A stretch of 64,000 nucleotides of DNA from positions 258,173 to 322,172 of the forward strand of contig CAWBAV010000011.1 in NCBI GenBank assembly GCA_963786865.1, read 5' to 3'. This document shows positions 40,130 through 49,376 of this stretch, piece after piece; position 1 is the first letter of the stretch; every line of letters starts with the position of its first letter. A program made the translations under genes and the position numbers. The notes below the pieces were generated by a model. It saw nothing but the letters and a program-made list of their open reading frames with translations. It was not told where the DNA came from and searched no databases. This stretch comes from an uncultured delta proteobacterium. GTDB lineage: Bacteria; Myxococcota_A; Polyangia; Polyangiales; Houyiibacteriaceae.

Positions 40130-41173
40130 ATGAGTTGGAAGCGAAGAATTCGACGCGCGACGGATCGAATCGCGAAGCGATCAGGTCTTCTGCATGTGTG
40201 CGAGCGAAGCATGCGCTCGAAGATGACCATCCTGATGTACCATCGTGTCCTCGAGGATGCGAAGTCCATCGACTATCCTTTTCCATCCCTCGTGATGCCG
40301 CGCTCCCTGTTCGAGGCCCAACTGGACTGGCTCGCCGAGCACGCACGCGTGTTGCCCGTCGCGGACGCGTTGAGTCAGACCAATGATCCGTCGACCAGCT
40401 CGAAACCGCTGGTGTGTCTCACCTTTGACGATGGCTACATCGACAACTTCGAGATTGCGGCCCCGCTGCTCGAGGCAAGAGGGATCCAAGGAACCTTCTT
40501 CATCACGGCCGGCGCCGTCGAGACCCGAGCTCCGCTCTGGTATGATCGGGCTGCGGCGATGTGGATGTCATTTGGCCGCGACGAGATCCGTCGCAGAGTC
40601 TCCGAGGAGGTCGACGCGGACGTACCCGGCCTTCAGACGCGCGAGGTCTGGATCGAATGGCTCAAGGCGCTTCCCAACCATCGACGAGCGGGGGTCATGA
40701 CGGTGCTTGAAGAGCAAGCGAACGAAGGCGATTCGCCGTGCCCGCTCATGACCGCTGACCAGGTGCGACAATTGGCCGAACGAGGGCATGAAGTCGGCTC
40801 ACACACGCTCTCGCATCCGATACTAACCCGCATGGACGCCGATGAACGCCGACGTGAAATAGAGGGAGCAAGGAAGCTCCTTCAGGAGTGGACGAGACGA
40901 GACGTGATCGGCTTCTGCTATCCGAATGGCGACTTCGACGCCGAGGTAGCTCGCGCGGTAGATGCAGCGGGCCATGGCTACGCTTGCACGACATTGTCGG
41001 GTCGCAATGACGAGGACACGAATCGCTTTCAGCTGCGCCGAATCGACATGACGCCCGACCGCATCGCGACCACCGATGGGCGCTTCGATCCGCTCGGCTT
41101 TCGCGCTGAGATCAGCCTATGTCGCGAGGGACTTCGCCGCATGGCGGAGTTGCCCGGTTGGCGCGGAGAATGA
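40130..41173 (+). CDS. polysaccharide deacetylase (NodB homology, CE4)
   Basis: 347 aa with ILMYHRV, LTFDDGYIDN, HTLSHP and FCYPNG. Confidence 0.85.
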   Translation: MSWKRRIRRATDRIAKRSGLLHVCERSMRSKMTILMYHRVLEDAKSIDYPFPSLVMPRSLFEAQLDWLAEHARVLPVADALSQTNDPSTSSKPLVCLTFDDGYIDNFEIAAPLLEARGIQGTFFITAGAVETRAPLWYDRAAAMWMSFGRDEIRRRVSEEVDADVPGLQTREVWIEWLKALPNHRRAGVMTVLEEQANEGDSPCPLMTADQVRQLAERGHEVGSHTLSHPILTRMDADERRREIEGARKLLQEWTRRDVIGFCYPNGDFDAEVARAVDAAGHGYACTTLSGRNDEDTNRFQLRRIDMTPDRIATTDGRFDPLGFRAEISLCREGLRRMAELPGWRGE

Positions 41174-41199
41174 CCGTTTGGAAGGCAGAGGGTCCTGTG

Positions 41200-42405
41200 A
41201 TGAAAGTGGCTTATCTCGTCAATCTCTACCCGAAGATCAGCCACAGCTTCATTCGGAGAGAGATTCAAGCGCTGGAATCGCAGGGCGTAACCGTGCGGCG
41301 CTTCGCCATCCGTCGGACGTCGGAGCCCTTGGTCGACGCCGCAGACCGCGAGGAGCTCGCCAAGACCGAGGTGATCCTCGAGCTAGGCGCGGTGAGGTTG
41401 CTCCTGAGCTTTCTTCGCGTCGGAGCACGACACCCGGTTCGGTTCCTCCGCACGCTATGCCTCGCAGTGCGAACCGGCATTGGATCGGATCGCGGACTCG
41501 CGCGTCACCTCATCTACGTCGTGGAGGCATGCGCCTTGCTCGAGATCTTGGGGCGCGATCCAGTCGATCACTTGCACGCGCATTTCGGCACCAACGCCGC
41601 CGCTGTAGCCATGTATTGCGCTGCCCTGGGGGGCCCGGGATACAGCTTCACGGCACACGGCACGGAATCGTTCGAGTCACCGCGTCGGGTCCGCTTGGGC
41701 TTGAAGGCAAAGAAGGCGCGGTTTGCCGTGACGGTTTGCGGGTATGGGGCAAGAGAGCTGCTCGCATCGGCTCCGGGCATCGACCCGAGCAAGGTCCACG
41801 TCGTTCGCTGCGGTCTCGACGAGACCTTCTTGTCTGCGCCAGCGTCGGCGAGCATCACAGGTAATCAGCTAGTACTGGTGGGCCGTCTGTCCCCGGAGAA
41901 GGGACACCGGGTGCTTCTCGACGCGGCCGCCCGAATGCAGCGGGATAATGTGGAGTTCCGAATCGTCTTGGTCGGCGATGGCGAGCTCCGCGGGGAGATT
42001 GAGGATCAAGCGGCGACCTCGGGTCTCCGTGATCGAATACAGTTCGCCGGTTGGCAAGATCACGCTGGCGTTCGAGAGATTCTCAGCGCTAGCCGCGCCC
42101 TGGTGCTGGCGAGCTTCGGAGAGGGACTGCCGGTGGTGATCATGGAGGCGATGGCCATGGGTCGGCCCATCGTCAGCACCGACGTAGGAGGCATCGGTGA
42201 GCTCGTCGCGGACGGAGAAACCGGTTGGCTGGTGCCGCCAGGGGACCCGGAACGACTTGCCGAGGCCATGAGGTCAGCGATCGAGGCTCCCGATGCGGAG
42301 CTTGCTGAGATGGGGCTACTGGGTCGCCAGCGAGTCCTCGAAATGCATGATTCGCGCAAAGAGGCAGCTCGACTCAAGGCGCTGTTCGAACGCTACGCTG
42401 GCTAG
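41200..42405 (+). CDS. GT4-family (GT-B) glycosyltransferase, WcaL-like
   Basis: It starts MKVAYLVNLYPKISHSFIRREI. The C-terminus has the GEGLPVVIMEAMAMGRPIVSTDVGGIGELV (E-x7-E) motif. An alternative start at 41170 overlaps the previous stop (ATGA). Confidence 0.8.
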   Translation: MKVAYLVNLYPKISHSFIRREIQALESQGVTVRRFAIRRTSEPLVDAADREELAKTEVILELGAVRLLLSFLRVGARHPVRFLRTLCLAVRTGIGSDRGLARHLIYVVEACALLEILGRDPVDHLHAHFGTNAAAVAMYCAALGGPGYSFTAHGTESFESPRRVRLGLKAKKARFAVTVCGYGARELLASAPGIDPSKVHVVRCGLDETFLSAPASASITGNQLVLVGRLSPEKGHRVLLDAAARMQRDNVEFRIVLVGDGELRGEIEDQAATSGLRDRIQFAGWQDHAGVREILSASRALVLASFGEGLPVVIMEAMAMGRPIVSTDVGGIGELVADGETGWLVPPGDPERLAEAMRSAIEAPDAELAEMGLLGRQRVLEMHDSRKEAARLKALFERYAG

Positions 42406-43445
42406 CTCGCGGCTTTTTCGTTCGACTGCCACCGGAGTCCCGGACCTAGCCGGCCTTCGGCGAGCAGGCGCCGAAGGTGACGTATGCGTAGGTAGCGACC
42501 CTCGAACTCCTCGAGAGTCAATCCGTACTTCTCGTACGCCTGGTAGAGCTCCTTTGCGCCCTTCTCAACCGTCCAACGCGGCTTCGAGGCGGGTAGTGCA
42601 TTGGCGATCTTCGAGAAGTCCACCTGATAACTCCGAGTATCGGGCTCTCCCCCTGGCGCATACACGACCCGGCTGTTCGGCACGATGTTTGCGACCATCT
42701 CAGCGACGGTCGAGATCTGGAAATTCTCGTCGGTTCTCCCGACGTTGAAAGCCTCATTGTGGATGACCTCGCGCGGAGCCTCCAGCGCGGCCAGGAAGGC
42801 TCGACTGATGTCCTCCACGTGGACCAAGGGTCGCCAGGGAGTCCCATCGCTCTTGATCAGGACTTCACCGTTGATGAAGGCGTGGGCGACCAAGTTGTTG
42901 ACGACGATATCGCCGCGCAGCTGCGGGGACCATCCATAGGCAGTGGTGTTTCGCAAGTACGTCGGGCTGAAGCCATCGTCGGCAAGTTTGGCAACCTCTT
43001 GCTCGACCTTGATCTTCGACTCTGCATACGCGGTGACCGGGGCGAACGGCGCGGTCTCGTCGACCAGATCGTTCGTTGCTGGTGCCCCATAGAGCGAACA
43101 AGACGATGAGAACAGATAACGCTCTACACCCGCTTTCTTTGCGGCTTCTGCCAGTCTCACTGAGGCGTGCAGGTTGATGTCGTACGTGTACTCCGGGTTC
43201 AAGTCACCGAGGGGATCGTTGGACAGCGCCGCTAGGTGCAACACCGCGTCAAAGCCGCGCAGATGGTCCTCGGTTACGTCGCGGAGGTCCATGCGCAGTG
43301 CAGGGGGATCTGCGGGCGCCGGCCCTTGGTGGCAACCTTCGAATAGGTACGTGTCTAGGCCGACGACTTCATGGCCTGCCTTCTGTAGAAACGGCACCAA
43401 CACCGCCCCGATGTAGCCGTTGTGGCCTGTGACGAGTACTTTCAT
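42402..43445 (-). CDS. NAD-dependent epimerase/dehydratase (extended SDR)
   Basis: 347 aa with MKVLVTGHNGYIGAVL (Rossmann fold) and YAESK (YxxxK). Confidence 0.85.
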   Translation of the reverse strand: MKVLVTGHNGYIGAVLVPFLQKAGHEVVGLDTYLFEGCHQGPAPADPPALRMDLRDVTEDHLRGFDAVLHLAALSNDPLGDLNPEYTYDINLHASVRLAEAAKKAGVERYLFSSSCSLYGAPATNDLVDETAPFAPVTAYAESKIKVEQEVAKLADDGFSPTYLRNTTAYGWSPQLRGDIVVNNLVAHAFINGEVLIKSDGTPWRPLVHVEDISRAFLAALEAPREVIHNEAFNVGRTDENFQISTVAEMVANIVPNSRVVYAPGGEPDTRSYQVDFSKIANALPASKPRWTVEKGAKELYQAYEKYGLTLEEFEGRYLRIRHLRRLLAEGRLGPGLRWQSNEKAAS

Positions 43446-43495
43446 GGATCTCTATGTACAACAAATTCGGGGCCGCCCCCAAACGACGCAGGACA

Positions 43496-44464
43496 TCAGC
43501 GCCCTAGTGCCGCTTTGACTCTTCGGTAGCCAGGCATCCGCCGAGCTGCCGCTCGCGCCTTGGCGTCGAGCTCAGCTCGCCCTCGGTCGAGATAGAAGCT
43601 TGCAATTGCGTACCTGCAGGCGACCTTCTGAGGCAGCGTCAGCGGGGCGGCGCGCACAAGGTCGTCGTAGTTGGCGCAAAGCCTACTCAAGGACGGTCGC
43701 AGCGCGTCTTCGTGGCCAGGGTTATTGCGTCTGTACAGCAATGCCGGGTCATCGTAGCCCGAGGGAACCCTTCGTCGATGCGATAGGCACTCGGGGATGT
43801 GGCCGACCGGACCGAGAAGAGCCAGCTCGGCAGCGAGAAGAGCATCGGGTCGATATGTAACCCGCAGCATGTGTGTCTTCTGCATCGCCGATCTTCGATA
43901 CAGGTTGTAGTGAGGATCGTAGTAGCGGTAGTCCGAGCGGCTGAACCATAGCATCCGGGCAAAGCGCCGATGCGCCTCGGGGGAGTCACAGCGCTCTCCC
44001 GTGTATTCGGCGTAGAAATCGTTGCCCTCGTCGTCGAAGTACCTGATGTACGTGGACACCGCGATGATGTCCTGGTCGCGGTCCATGTACTCGACACACT
44101 TCGAGAGATAGCTGGGTTCCAGCCAGTCATCGTCCCCCATCCAGCGAAAGAACTCGCCCGCGCCCAGCTCGAAAACGCGATTCATGTTCGCGAGTTGACC
44201 GATGTTGCGCTCGTTCGGATGGAACTTGATTCGCGAGTCGCGGTCAGCGTAGCCCTGGACGACCTCGGCCGTGGCATCATCGGAGACATTGTCGCAGATG
44301 ACCATCTCGAAGTCCGAGTAGCTCTGCGCGAGCACTGACTCGATTGCTCGGCCGATGTGCTCTTGACCATTGCGGACCGGGAGTCCAATCGTGACCCGTG
44401 GCGCCATGTTCGTCATGAGCAATGTAGCATATCGCAGGAGTCCCGGCGGTGAGAGGGCGGACAC
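43496..44464 (-). CDS. family-2 glycosyltransferase
   Basis: Motifs are VTIGLPVRNGQEHIGRAIESVLAQSYSDFEMVICDNVSDD. The start may be 44416 or 44407. Confidence 0.8.
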   Translation of the reverse strand: MSALSPPGLLRYATLLMTNMAPRVTIGLPVRNGQEHIGRAIESVLAQSYSDFEMVICDNVSDDATAEVVQGYADRDSRIKFHPNERNIGQLANMNRVFELGAGEFFRWMGDDDWLEPSYLSKCVEYMDRDQDIIAVSTYIRYFDDEGNDFYAEYTGERCDSPEAHRRFARMLWFSRSDYRYYDPHYNLYRRSAMQKTHMLRVTYRPDALLAAELALLGPVGHIPECLSHRRRVPSGYDDPALLYRRNNPGHEDALRPSLSRLCANYDDLVRAAPLTLPQKVACRYAIASFYLDRGRAELDAKARAAARRMPGYRRVKAALGR

Positions 44465-44543
44465 TTACGCATTGTTTGGGTGGCAGACCCCCTGCCCCAA
44501 ACACGCCTCGTCAATTTGACGCCGACGGTCGAAGTAAGCCAGC

Positions 44544-46058
44544 GTGATCACCGCCGTGGAGGGAGAGAACATCGATTTGGAGGAAAACCAGGCTCCGAGG
44601 GAAGTCTCGAGCACACAAACCATGGGTGACCTTGCGGGGAAGGCGTCGTCCAGCGCGGTGTGGACGATCCTAGGGCACGGCGGCGGCCAGGCCGTTCGGC
44701 TCGTTTCCAACATCGTCGTGACCCGATTGCTGCTCACCGAGTACTTCGGGCTGATGGCCCTGGTGAACGTGTTTCTGATTGGGCTCCAGCTTTTCTCCGA
44801 TATCGGCATCGGCCCCGCGCTCATTCAGAACAAGCGCGAAGACCCAGCTTTCGTGAACACGGTTTGGACCATGCAGGTCTTTCGTGGGCTCGCGCTCTGT
44901 GCGATCGCGATGCCGCTCGCAGGCCCTTTCGCCGCCTTCTACGAGCAGCCCATTCTCGCTTCCTTGATTCGAGTGGCGGCGCTGACGGCAGCAATCCAAG
45001 GGTTCACCTCGACGTCGATCTTCACGGAAACGCGGCAGTTGCATCTCAAGCGCCCGGTTCTCGTACAATTCGGCGCCCAGTTGGCGGGTGCGGTCGTCAT
45101 GCTCGTCTGGGCCTGGCTCACCCGCAGCATCTGGTCCCTGGTGGCAGCTGGAATCGTCGCCTCGCTAGTGACAGTAGTGCTGAGTCACGTCTGGCTTCCG
45201 GGGATCCGCAATCGATTCCGATTCGACCGCAAGGCCGCTCGGTCTCTTTTCGCGTTTGGTTCGTGGATCTTCCTGAGCACGGTTGCGTTCTTTGCCTCCG
45301 AGCAGCTCGACCGAATCATCTTCGGAAAGATCACGACGATGGCCACCTTGGGCGTCTACAGCATCGCCGTGATGCTCGCGGCCGCTCCGACTTATGCCTT
45401 GCTGAAGCTGTCTACGAGTGTGCTGTTTCCTCTCTACAGCCGCGTTCAGCATTCTTCGAGCGACTTGGCCGAGGTGTTTGTGAGCGCCCGCTGGCCCCTG
45501 CTCGTGTTTGGCGGATGGGCGACTGCGGGATTGGTGGCCGGCGGCCCGACCATCGTCCGGCTCTTGTACGACTCCCGTTACTGGGAGGCGGGCTGGATGC
45601 TCCAAATTCTCGCGGGCGGCCTTTGGTTCGGGTTGGTCCTCAACGGTACCGCAGGGTCGGTCATCCTGGCCGTCGGTCGAAGCGAATGGACCGCTGCGAT
45701 TGCTCTCGCGAAGGTCGCGGCGATGGTTGCGTTCGTTCCGCTCGGCTACTGGCTCGGAGGCTTTCCAGGTGCGGTCGCTGGCCTTGCCGCCTCGGAGCTG
45801 GTTCGGTACGGGGTTGCTGAGTTTGCCGCCGTCGGCCTTGGTTTTGACGCCCGCAAGCAAGATCTGATGTTCAGCGTTCGAATTGGCGTCTCGGCGTTCG
45901 CGGGGTGGGCTGCCGTTCATGGGTTGGGTGAGCTCGGTATCAGCCATGTCGTACTACACGCGGTGGTCGTGTTCTTGGTCGTCACCGCGTTCTGGGCTCG
46001 CCCGCTCGGGGTGCTGCTCGGTCGTGTTCGGCGTAAGGAAGGGCTCTTTGTGCAATAG
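44544..46058 (+). CDS. Wzx-type oligosaccharide flippase (MOP superfamily)
   Basis: 504 aa with about 12 predicted TM helices and a typical N-terminus ...WTILGHGGGQAVRLVSNIVVTRLL. An alternative start is ATG 44622. Confidence 0.75.
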   Translation: MITAVEGENIDLEENQAPREVSSTQTMGDLAGKASSSAVWTILGHGGGQAVRLVSNIVVTRLLLTEYFGLMALVNVFLIGLQLFSDIGIGPALIQNKREDPAFVNTVWTMQVFRGLALCAIAMPLAGPFAAFYEQPILASLIRVAALTAAIQGFTSTSIFTETRQLHLKRPVLVQFGAQLAGAVVMLVWAWLTRSIWSLVAAGIVASLVTVVLSHVWLPGIRNRFRFDRKAARSLFAFGSWIFLSTVAFFASEQLDRIIFGKITTMATLGVYSIAVMLAAAPTYALLKLSTSVLFPLYSRVQHSSSDLAEVFVSARWPLLVFGGWATAGLVAGGPTIVRLLYDSRYWEAGWMLQILAGGLWFGLVLNGTAGSVILAVGRSEWTAAIALAKVAAMVAFVPLGYWLGGFPGAVAGLAASELVRYGVAEFAAVGLGFDARKQDLMFSVRIGVSAFAGWAAVHGLGELGISHVVLHAVVVFLVVTAFWARPLGVLLGRVRRKEGLFVQ

Positions 46059-46241
46059 GAAAGACCGATGCCGGAAGTCGTTCAGTCGCGAAGCCATTGG
46101 CACGCCGGCGCGCACTTCGATTGGTGGGCCATCCTACAAACAGGTTGCCTTAAAGGGCACAGGCTTGACGGCCTCAACCGCGGAGTCATTATTCATAGGA
46201 CTTCATAGAAGTGTGCTGGCGCTTCGTCCAGCGACAACCGG

Positions 46242-47399
46242 TTGGGTTCTACCTTGAGCGAATCTGTCGTGATCACGAGCAACGCATCACCTCTTCACGT
46301 CGGAGAGCTCGTCGAGGTGCGAAGTAAGGACGAAATTCTCGAGACGCTCGACGAACGCGGTGAGCTCGACGGATTGGTCTTCATGCCGGAGATGCTCGAG
46401 CTCTGCGGCCGCCAATTGCGCGTCTTTCGCAGAGCGCACAAGACCTGCGACACAATCACCGGACAAAACGGTGGCCTACGCATGGAGCACTGCGTTCACC
46501 TCGAAGACGCTCGTTGTGACGGAAGCGTCCACGGCGGTTGTCAGGCCGCCTGCCTGTTCTTCTGGAAGGAGTCGTGGCTCAAGCGCGTGGAGCCCGCCCG
46601 CCCATCGCTCGCGTTGCGACTGCTCGAGGGTAGCAGCGCTTCATCTCCCCTCGAAAGCGCCCATCGCGCGCCCTGCACGGAAGAGACCCTGATTCGGATG
46701 AGCGTGCTGGAGGACGGTTCCGGCTCGGAAGAACCCACCTATCGATGCCAGATCACTCGGTTGCTCGATGCGACCACGCCGCTCCCGTGGTGGGAGCCCA
46801 CGCAGTACCTTCGCGATTGGCTGTCCGGGAACGTGCCGCTATCGCTGCTCCTGCGAGCCGCATTCTTCAGGGTGCTCAACCGGCTGGTACACTTGGGGAG
46901 AGGATACCGCGTCAAAGTCAAGCTATACAACGCGCTAGCCGAGCTGCTCGGCGAGACCCCCTATCCCTACGAGAGTGGCGAGGTCATGGCAAAAACCCCG
47001 TCGCTGCGACTCGACCTTCAACCGGGGGAGCTCGTCAGAGTGCGCCCGGTCGAGGAGATTCTCAAGACTCTCAACGTGCGGCTCAACCGCGGCTTGGGGT
47101 TCTCTCCCGAAATGGTCGCGTACTGTGGAGGCATCTTTCGGGTACGCAGCAGAGTCAAGAAGATCATCGACGAGAAGACGGGCAAGATGATGCACTTCGG
47201 CAACGAGTGCATCATTCTCGACGATGTCATTTGCCGCTCCGAATGCTCGAGCAATCGCCTATTCTGTCCTCGAAGTATCTTCCCTTACTGGCGCGAGATC
47301 TGGTTGGAGCGAGTGGAAGAGAAGCCGGAATCCAGGCCTGCCATCCCCGATTCGTTGGACCCCGACTTTCGTGTTGGTTACTCTCAAAACAGACCGTAG
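46242..47399 (+). CDS. hypothetical protein with two copies of an uncharacterised ~100-aa Cys-containing domain
   Basis: The internal repeat is GELVEVRSKDEILETLD...GLVFMPEMLELCGRQLRV...CVHLEDARC...FFWKESWLKRVE versus GELVRVRPVEEILKTLN...GLGFSPEMVAYCGGIFRV...CIILDDVIC...FPYWREIWLERVE. Confidence 0.55.
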   Translation: MGSTLSESVVITSNASPLHVGELVEVRSKDEILETLDERGELDGLVFMPEMLELCGRQLRVFRRAHKTCDTITGQNGGLRMEHCVHLEDARCDGSVHGGCQAACLFFWKESWLKRVEPARPSLALRLLEGSSASSPLESAHRAPCTEETLIRMSVLEDGSGSEEPTYRCQITRLLDATTPLPWWEPTQYLRDWLSGNVPLSLLLRAAFFRVLNRLVHLGRGYRVKVKLYNALAELLGETPYPYESGEVMAKTPSLRLDLQPGELVRVRPVEEILKTLNVRLNRGLGFSPEMVAYCGGIFRVRSRVKKIIDEKTGKMMHFGNECIILDDVICRSECSSNRLFCPRSIFPYWREIWLERVEEKPESRPAIPDSLDPDFRVGYSQNRP

Positions 47400-47419
47400 C
47401 GACAAGTATCGCCAGGCCG

Positions 47420-48334
47420 ATGACGACGATCTACTTCGATACTCCTCTCAGCGACGATCAGCGCCGGCAGCGCCTCTACGACGGTGATCTGTTCGTCTAC
47501 TCATCGACGCCTGCGACGGAAGAGTTTGCCGGGTTTGCTCGCCAAATGATTTCTCGGGCTTTCGGCGACGAGGACCCTGAGACGGTCCAGGATCGGATGG
47601 CGGTCGACGACTACATCGAAGTACTGAAGGATCTCAAACCGAAGTTCATTCATCATCCGGAGTCGAAGCGATATATTCAAAGGATTCTCGCGGATCTGGG
47701 ATGCGATGCGGATCAAGTTCATTTCGACGTGCCGCGGCTCCGGAGCTCGACCAGCGGTGGCTACCTGACGACGGGTATTGCGTACGCGTGGCATCCTCAC
47801 CGAGACACTTGGTATTCAGCGCCCAGCACGCAAATCAACATTTGGCTGCCGGTGTATGATCTACGTTCTGACAATACGGTGATGTTTCATCCGCCGTACT
47901 TTGAGCGCAAGGTGCCGAACGACTCGGAGCGATACAACTACTATGAGTGGAACACCAAATACAGAGCGGCGGCGGCGGCTCAAGTAGGCAAGGACACACG
48001 ACCTCTTCCCGGCCCTACCGAGGACATCGAAGCGGAGTCACAGATCAGAGTCGTCGTCCCGGTTGGCGGCTTGGTCTTGTTTTCAGCGGCGCAGTTGCAC
48101 TCGTCGGTTCCAAATACCTCGGGGAAGACGAGGTTCAGCATCGACTTTCGAACTGTTCACGCCGGAGATATCCGAGCAGGGAAGGGCGCACCGACCCAAG
48201 ACGTGTATTGTACGGGATCCAACATCCGCGATTTCATGCGGGCGAGAGATCTAGAGCGCGTCGCCGAGGACGTCGTCCAGCTTTTCCACGACGGCACCGA
48301 GGATCGTGGCGAGCTGGTCTACGAGAAGCCCTGA
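47420..48334 (+). CDS. putative Fe(II)/2-oxoglutarate-dependent oxygenase-like (cupin) protein
   Basis: This is the 304-aa portion of ORF 46745-48334 that starts at ATG 47420. The upstream part overlaps the previous gene out of frame. It has a WHPHRDTW (HxD) motif and a distal LHSSVP...RFSIDFR. The family call is tentative. Confidence 0.45.
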   Translation: MTTIYFDTPLSDDQRRQRLYDGDLFVYSSTPATEEFAGFARQMISRAFGDEDPETVQDRMAVDDYIEVLKDLKPKFIHHPESKRYIQRILADLGCDADQVHFDVPRLRSSTSGGYLTTGIAYAWHPHRDTWYSAPSTQINIWLPVYDLRSDNTVMFHPPYFERKVPNDSERYNYYEWNTKYRAAAAAQVGKDTRPLPGPTEDIEAESQIRVVVPVGGLVLFSAAQLHSSVPNTSGKTRFSIDFRTVHAGDIRAGKGAPTQDVYCTGSNIRDFMRARDLERVAEDVVQLFHDGTEDRGELVYEKP

Positions 48335-48365
48335 ACGGAAGGCATCTTGAACCAGAGCGCAGCAG

Positions 48366-49280
48366 ATGACTGAAACGGCGCTGGTCACCGGAGGCGCCGG
48401 TTTTTTGGGCGCACACTTGGTAGAGCGCCTGCTGGCCGAAGGTTGGCAGGTTCACGCCACCAGCCGAAGCGACCGCGAATCCGACTCCGATCAGCTGACG
48501 TTTCATCGCGCCGATCTAGCGGACCTCGATGTCGCGAAGCGCATTCTCCAGACCGTCGAGCCGCAGGTCGTATTCCATCTTGCAGGTTCGGTCGGCGCGG
48601 CGCCCGACCCTGCACTCGTGTTGGATACGTACCATAGTCACGTAACGAGCACGCTGAACCTTCTCAGCTTGGTCGATGATTTCGATTTGCGTCGAATCGT
48701 CTTGGCCGGCTCTTTGCTGGAGCCCACGGGAAGCTTGGCACAGGCGATTCCATCGTCACCGTATGCGGCTGCGAAGATCACCACCACGCTCTACGCACGC
48801 ATGTTTCACCTTCTCTATCAGACGCCCGTCGTGGTCGTGCGGCCGTTCATGACCTTCGGGCCCCGCCAGCATCCCGAGAAGATCCTTCCCTACGTCATCG
48901 ACAAGCTGCTCGCCGGAGTCTCACCGCGCCTGTCTAGCGGCCGTTGGCTCGCAGACTGGATCTACGTGAGCGATGTGGTGGATGGCCTGATGTCCGCCAT
49001 GGAAACACCGGGCGTCGAGGGCGCAGAGTTCGACCTGGGACGGGGTGAGCTGAAATCGACCAAAGAGGTCCTTCTGGAGGTTCATGCACTGATGGGGTCG
49101 ACCGTTCCGCTGCGGTTTGGCGAGCTCGCGGACAGACCGCCTGCGCCTGAAAGAACCGCCGACATTTCGGTTGCCCGTGAGCGCCTGAGCTGGTCGCCGC
49201 GCGTCAGCATCGAGGAAGGGCTAGTCCGGACCATAGAATGGTTCAGGGCCCAAAAAGAGGCGGGCTCGCCCCGCGGCTGA
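48366..49280 (+). CDS. NAD-dependent epimerase/dehydratase/reductase (SDR)
   Basis: 304 aa with LVTGGAGFLGAHL and YAAAK. Confidence 0.8.
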   Translation: MTETALVTGGAGFLGAHLVERLLAEGWQVHATSRSDRESDSDQLTFHRADLADLDVAKRILQTVEPQVVFHLAGSVGAAPDPALVLDTYHSHVTSTLNLLSLVDDFDLRRIVLAGSLLEPTGSLAQAIPSSPYAAAKITTTLYARMFHLLYQTPVVVVRPFMTFGPRQHPEKILPYVIDKLLAGVSPRLSSGRWLADWIYVSDVVDGLMSAMETPGVEGAEFDLGRGELKSTKEVLLEVHALMGSTVPLRFGELADRPPAPERTADISVARERLSWSPRVSIEEGLVRTIEWFRAQKEAGSPRG

Positions 49281-49376
49281 GCCCCGGGACGTCCGCCTGG
49301 GGCTACACTCGTTCTTGCGCAGGACAATCTGCTGGCTACCCTGTTTTCGTAGCGCAACCGTGGGAAGTGAAGAGCG

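Noticed and set aside
46095-46125. A sigma-54-like TGGCAC box (ttggcacgccggcgcgca) upstream of the 46242 gene.
   Set aside because: The GG-N10-GC spacing is not met, because GC falls at N9 or N11. It is probably a chance match in GC-rich DNA.
46745-47419. The N-terminal 225 codons of the 529-aa ORF 46745-48334.
   Set aside because: This part overlaps the 46242-47399 gene out of frame and is Arg/Pro-rich nonsense. The recognisable protein begins at ATG 47420. The same logic applies to 60722-61057 upstream of the MFS start and to 13070-13189 upstream of the carbamoyltransferase start.
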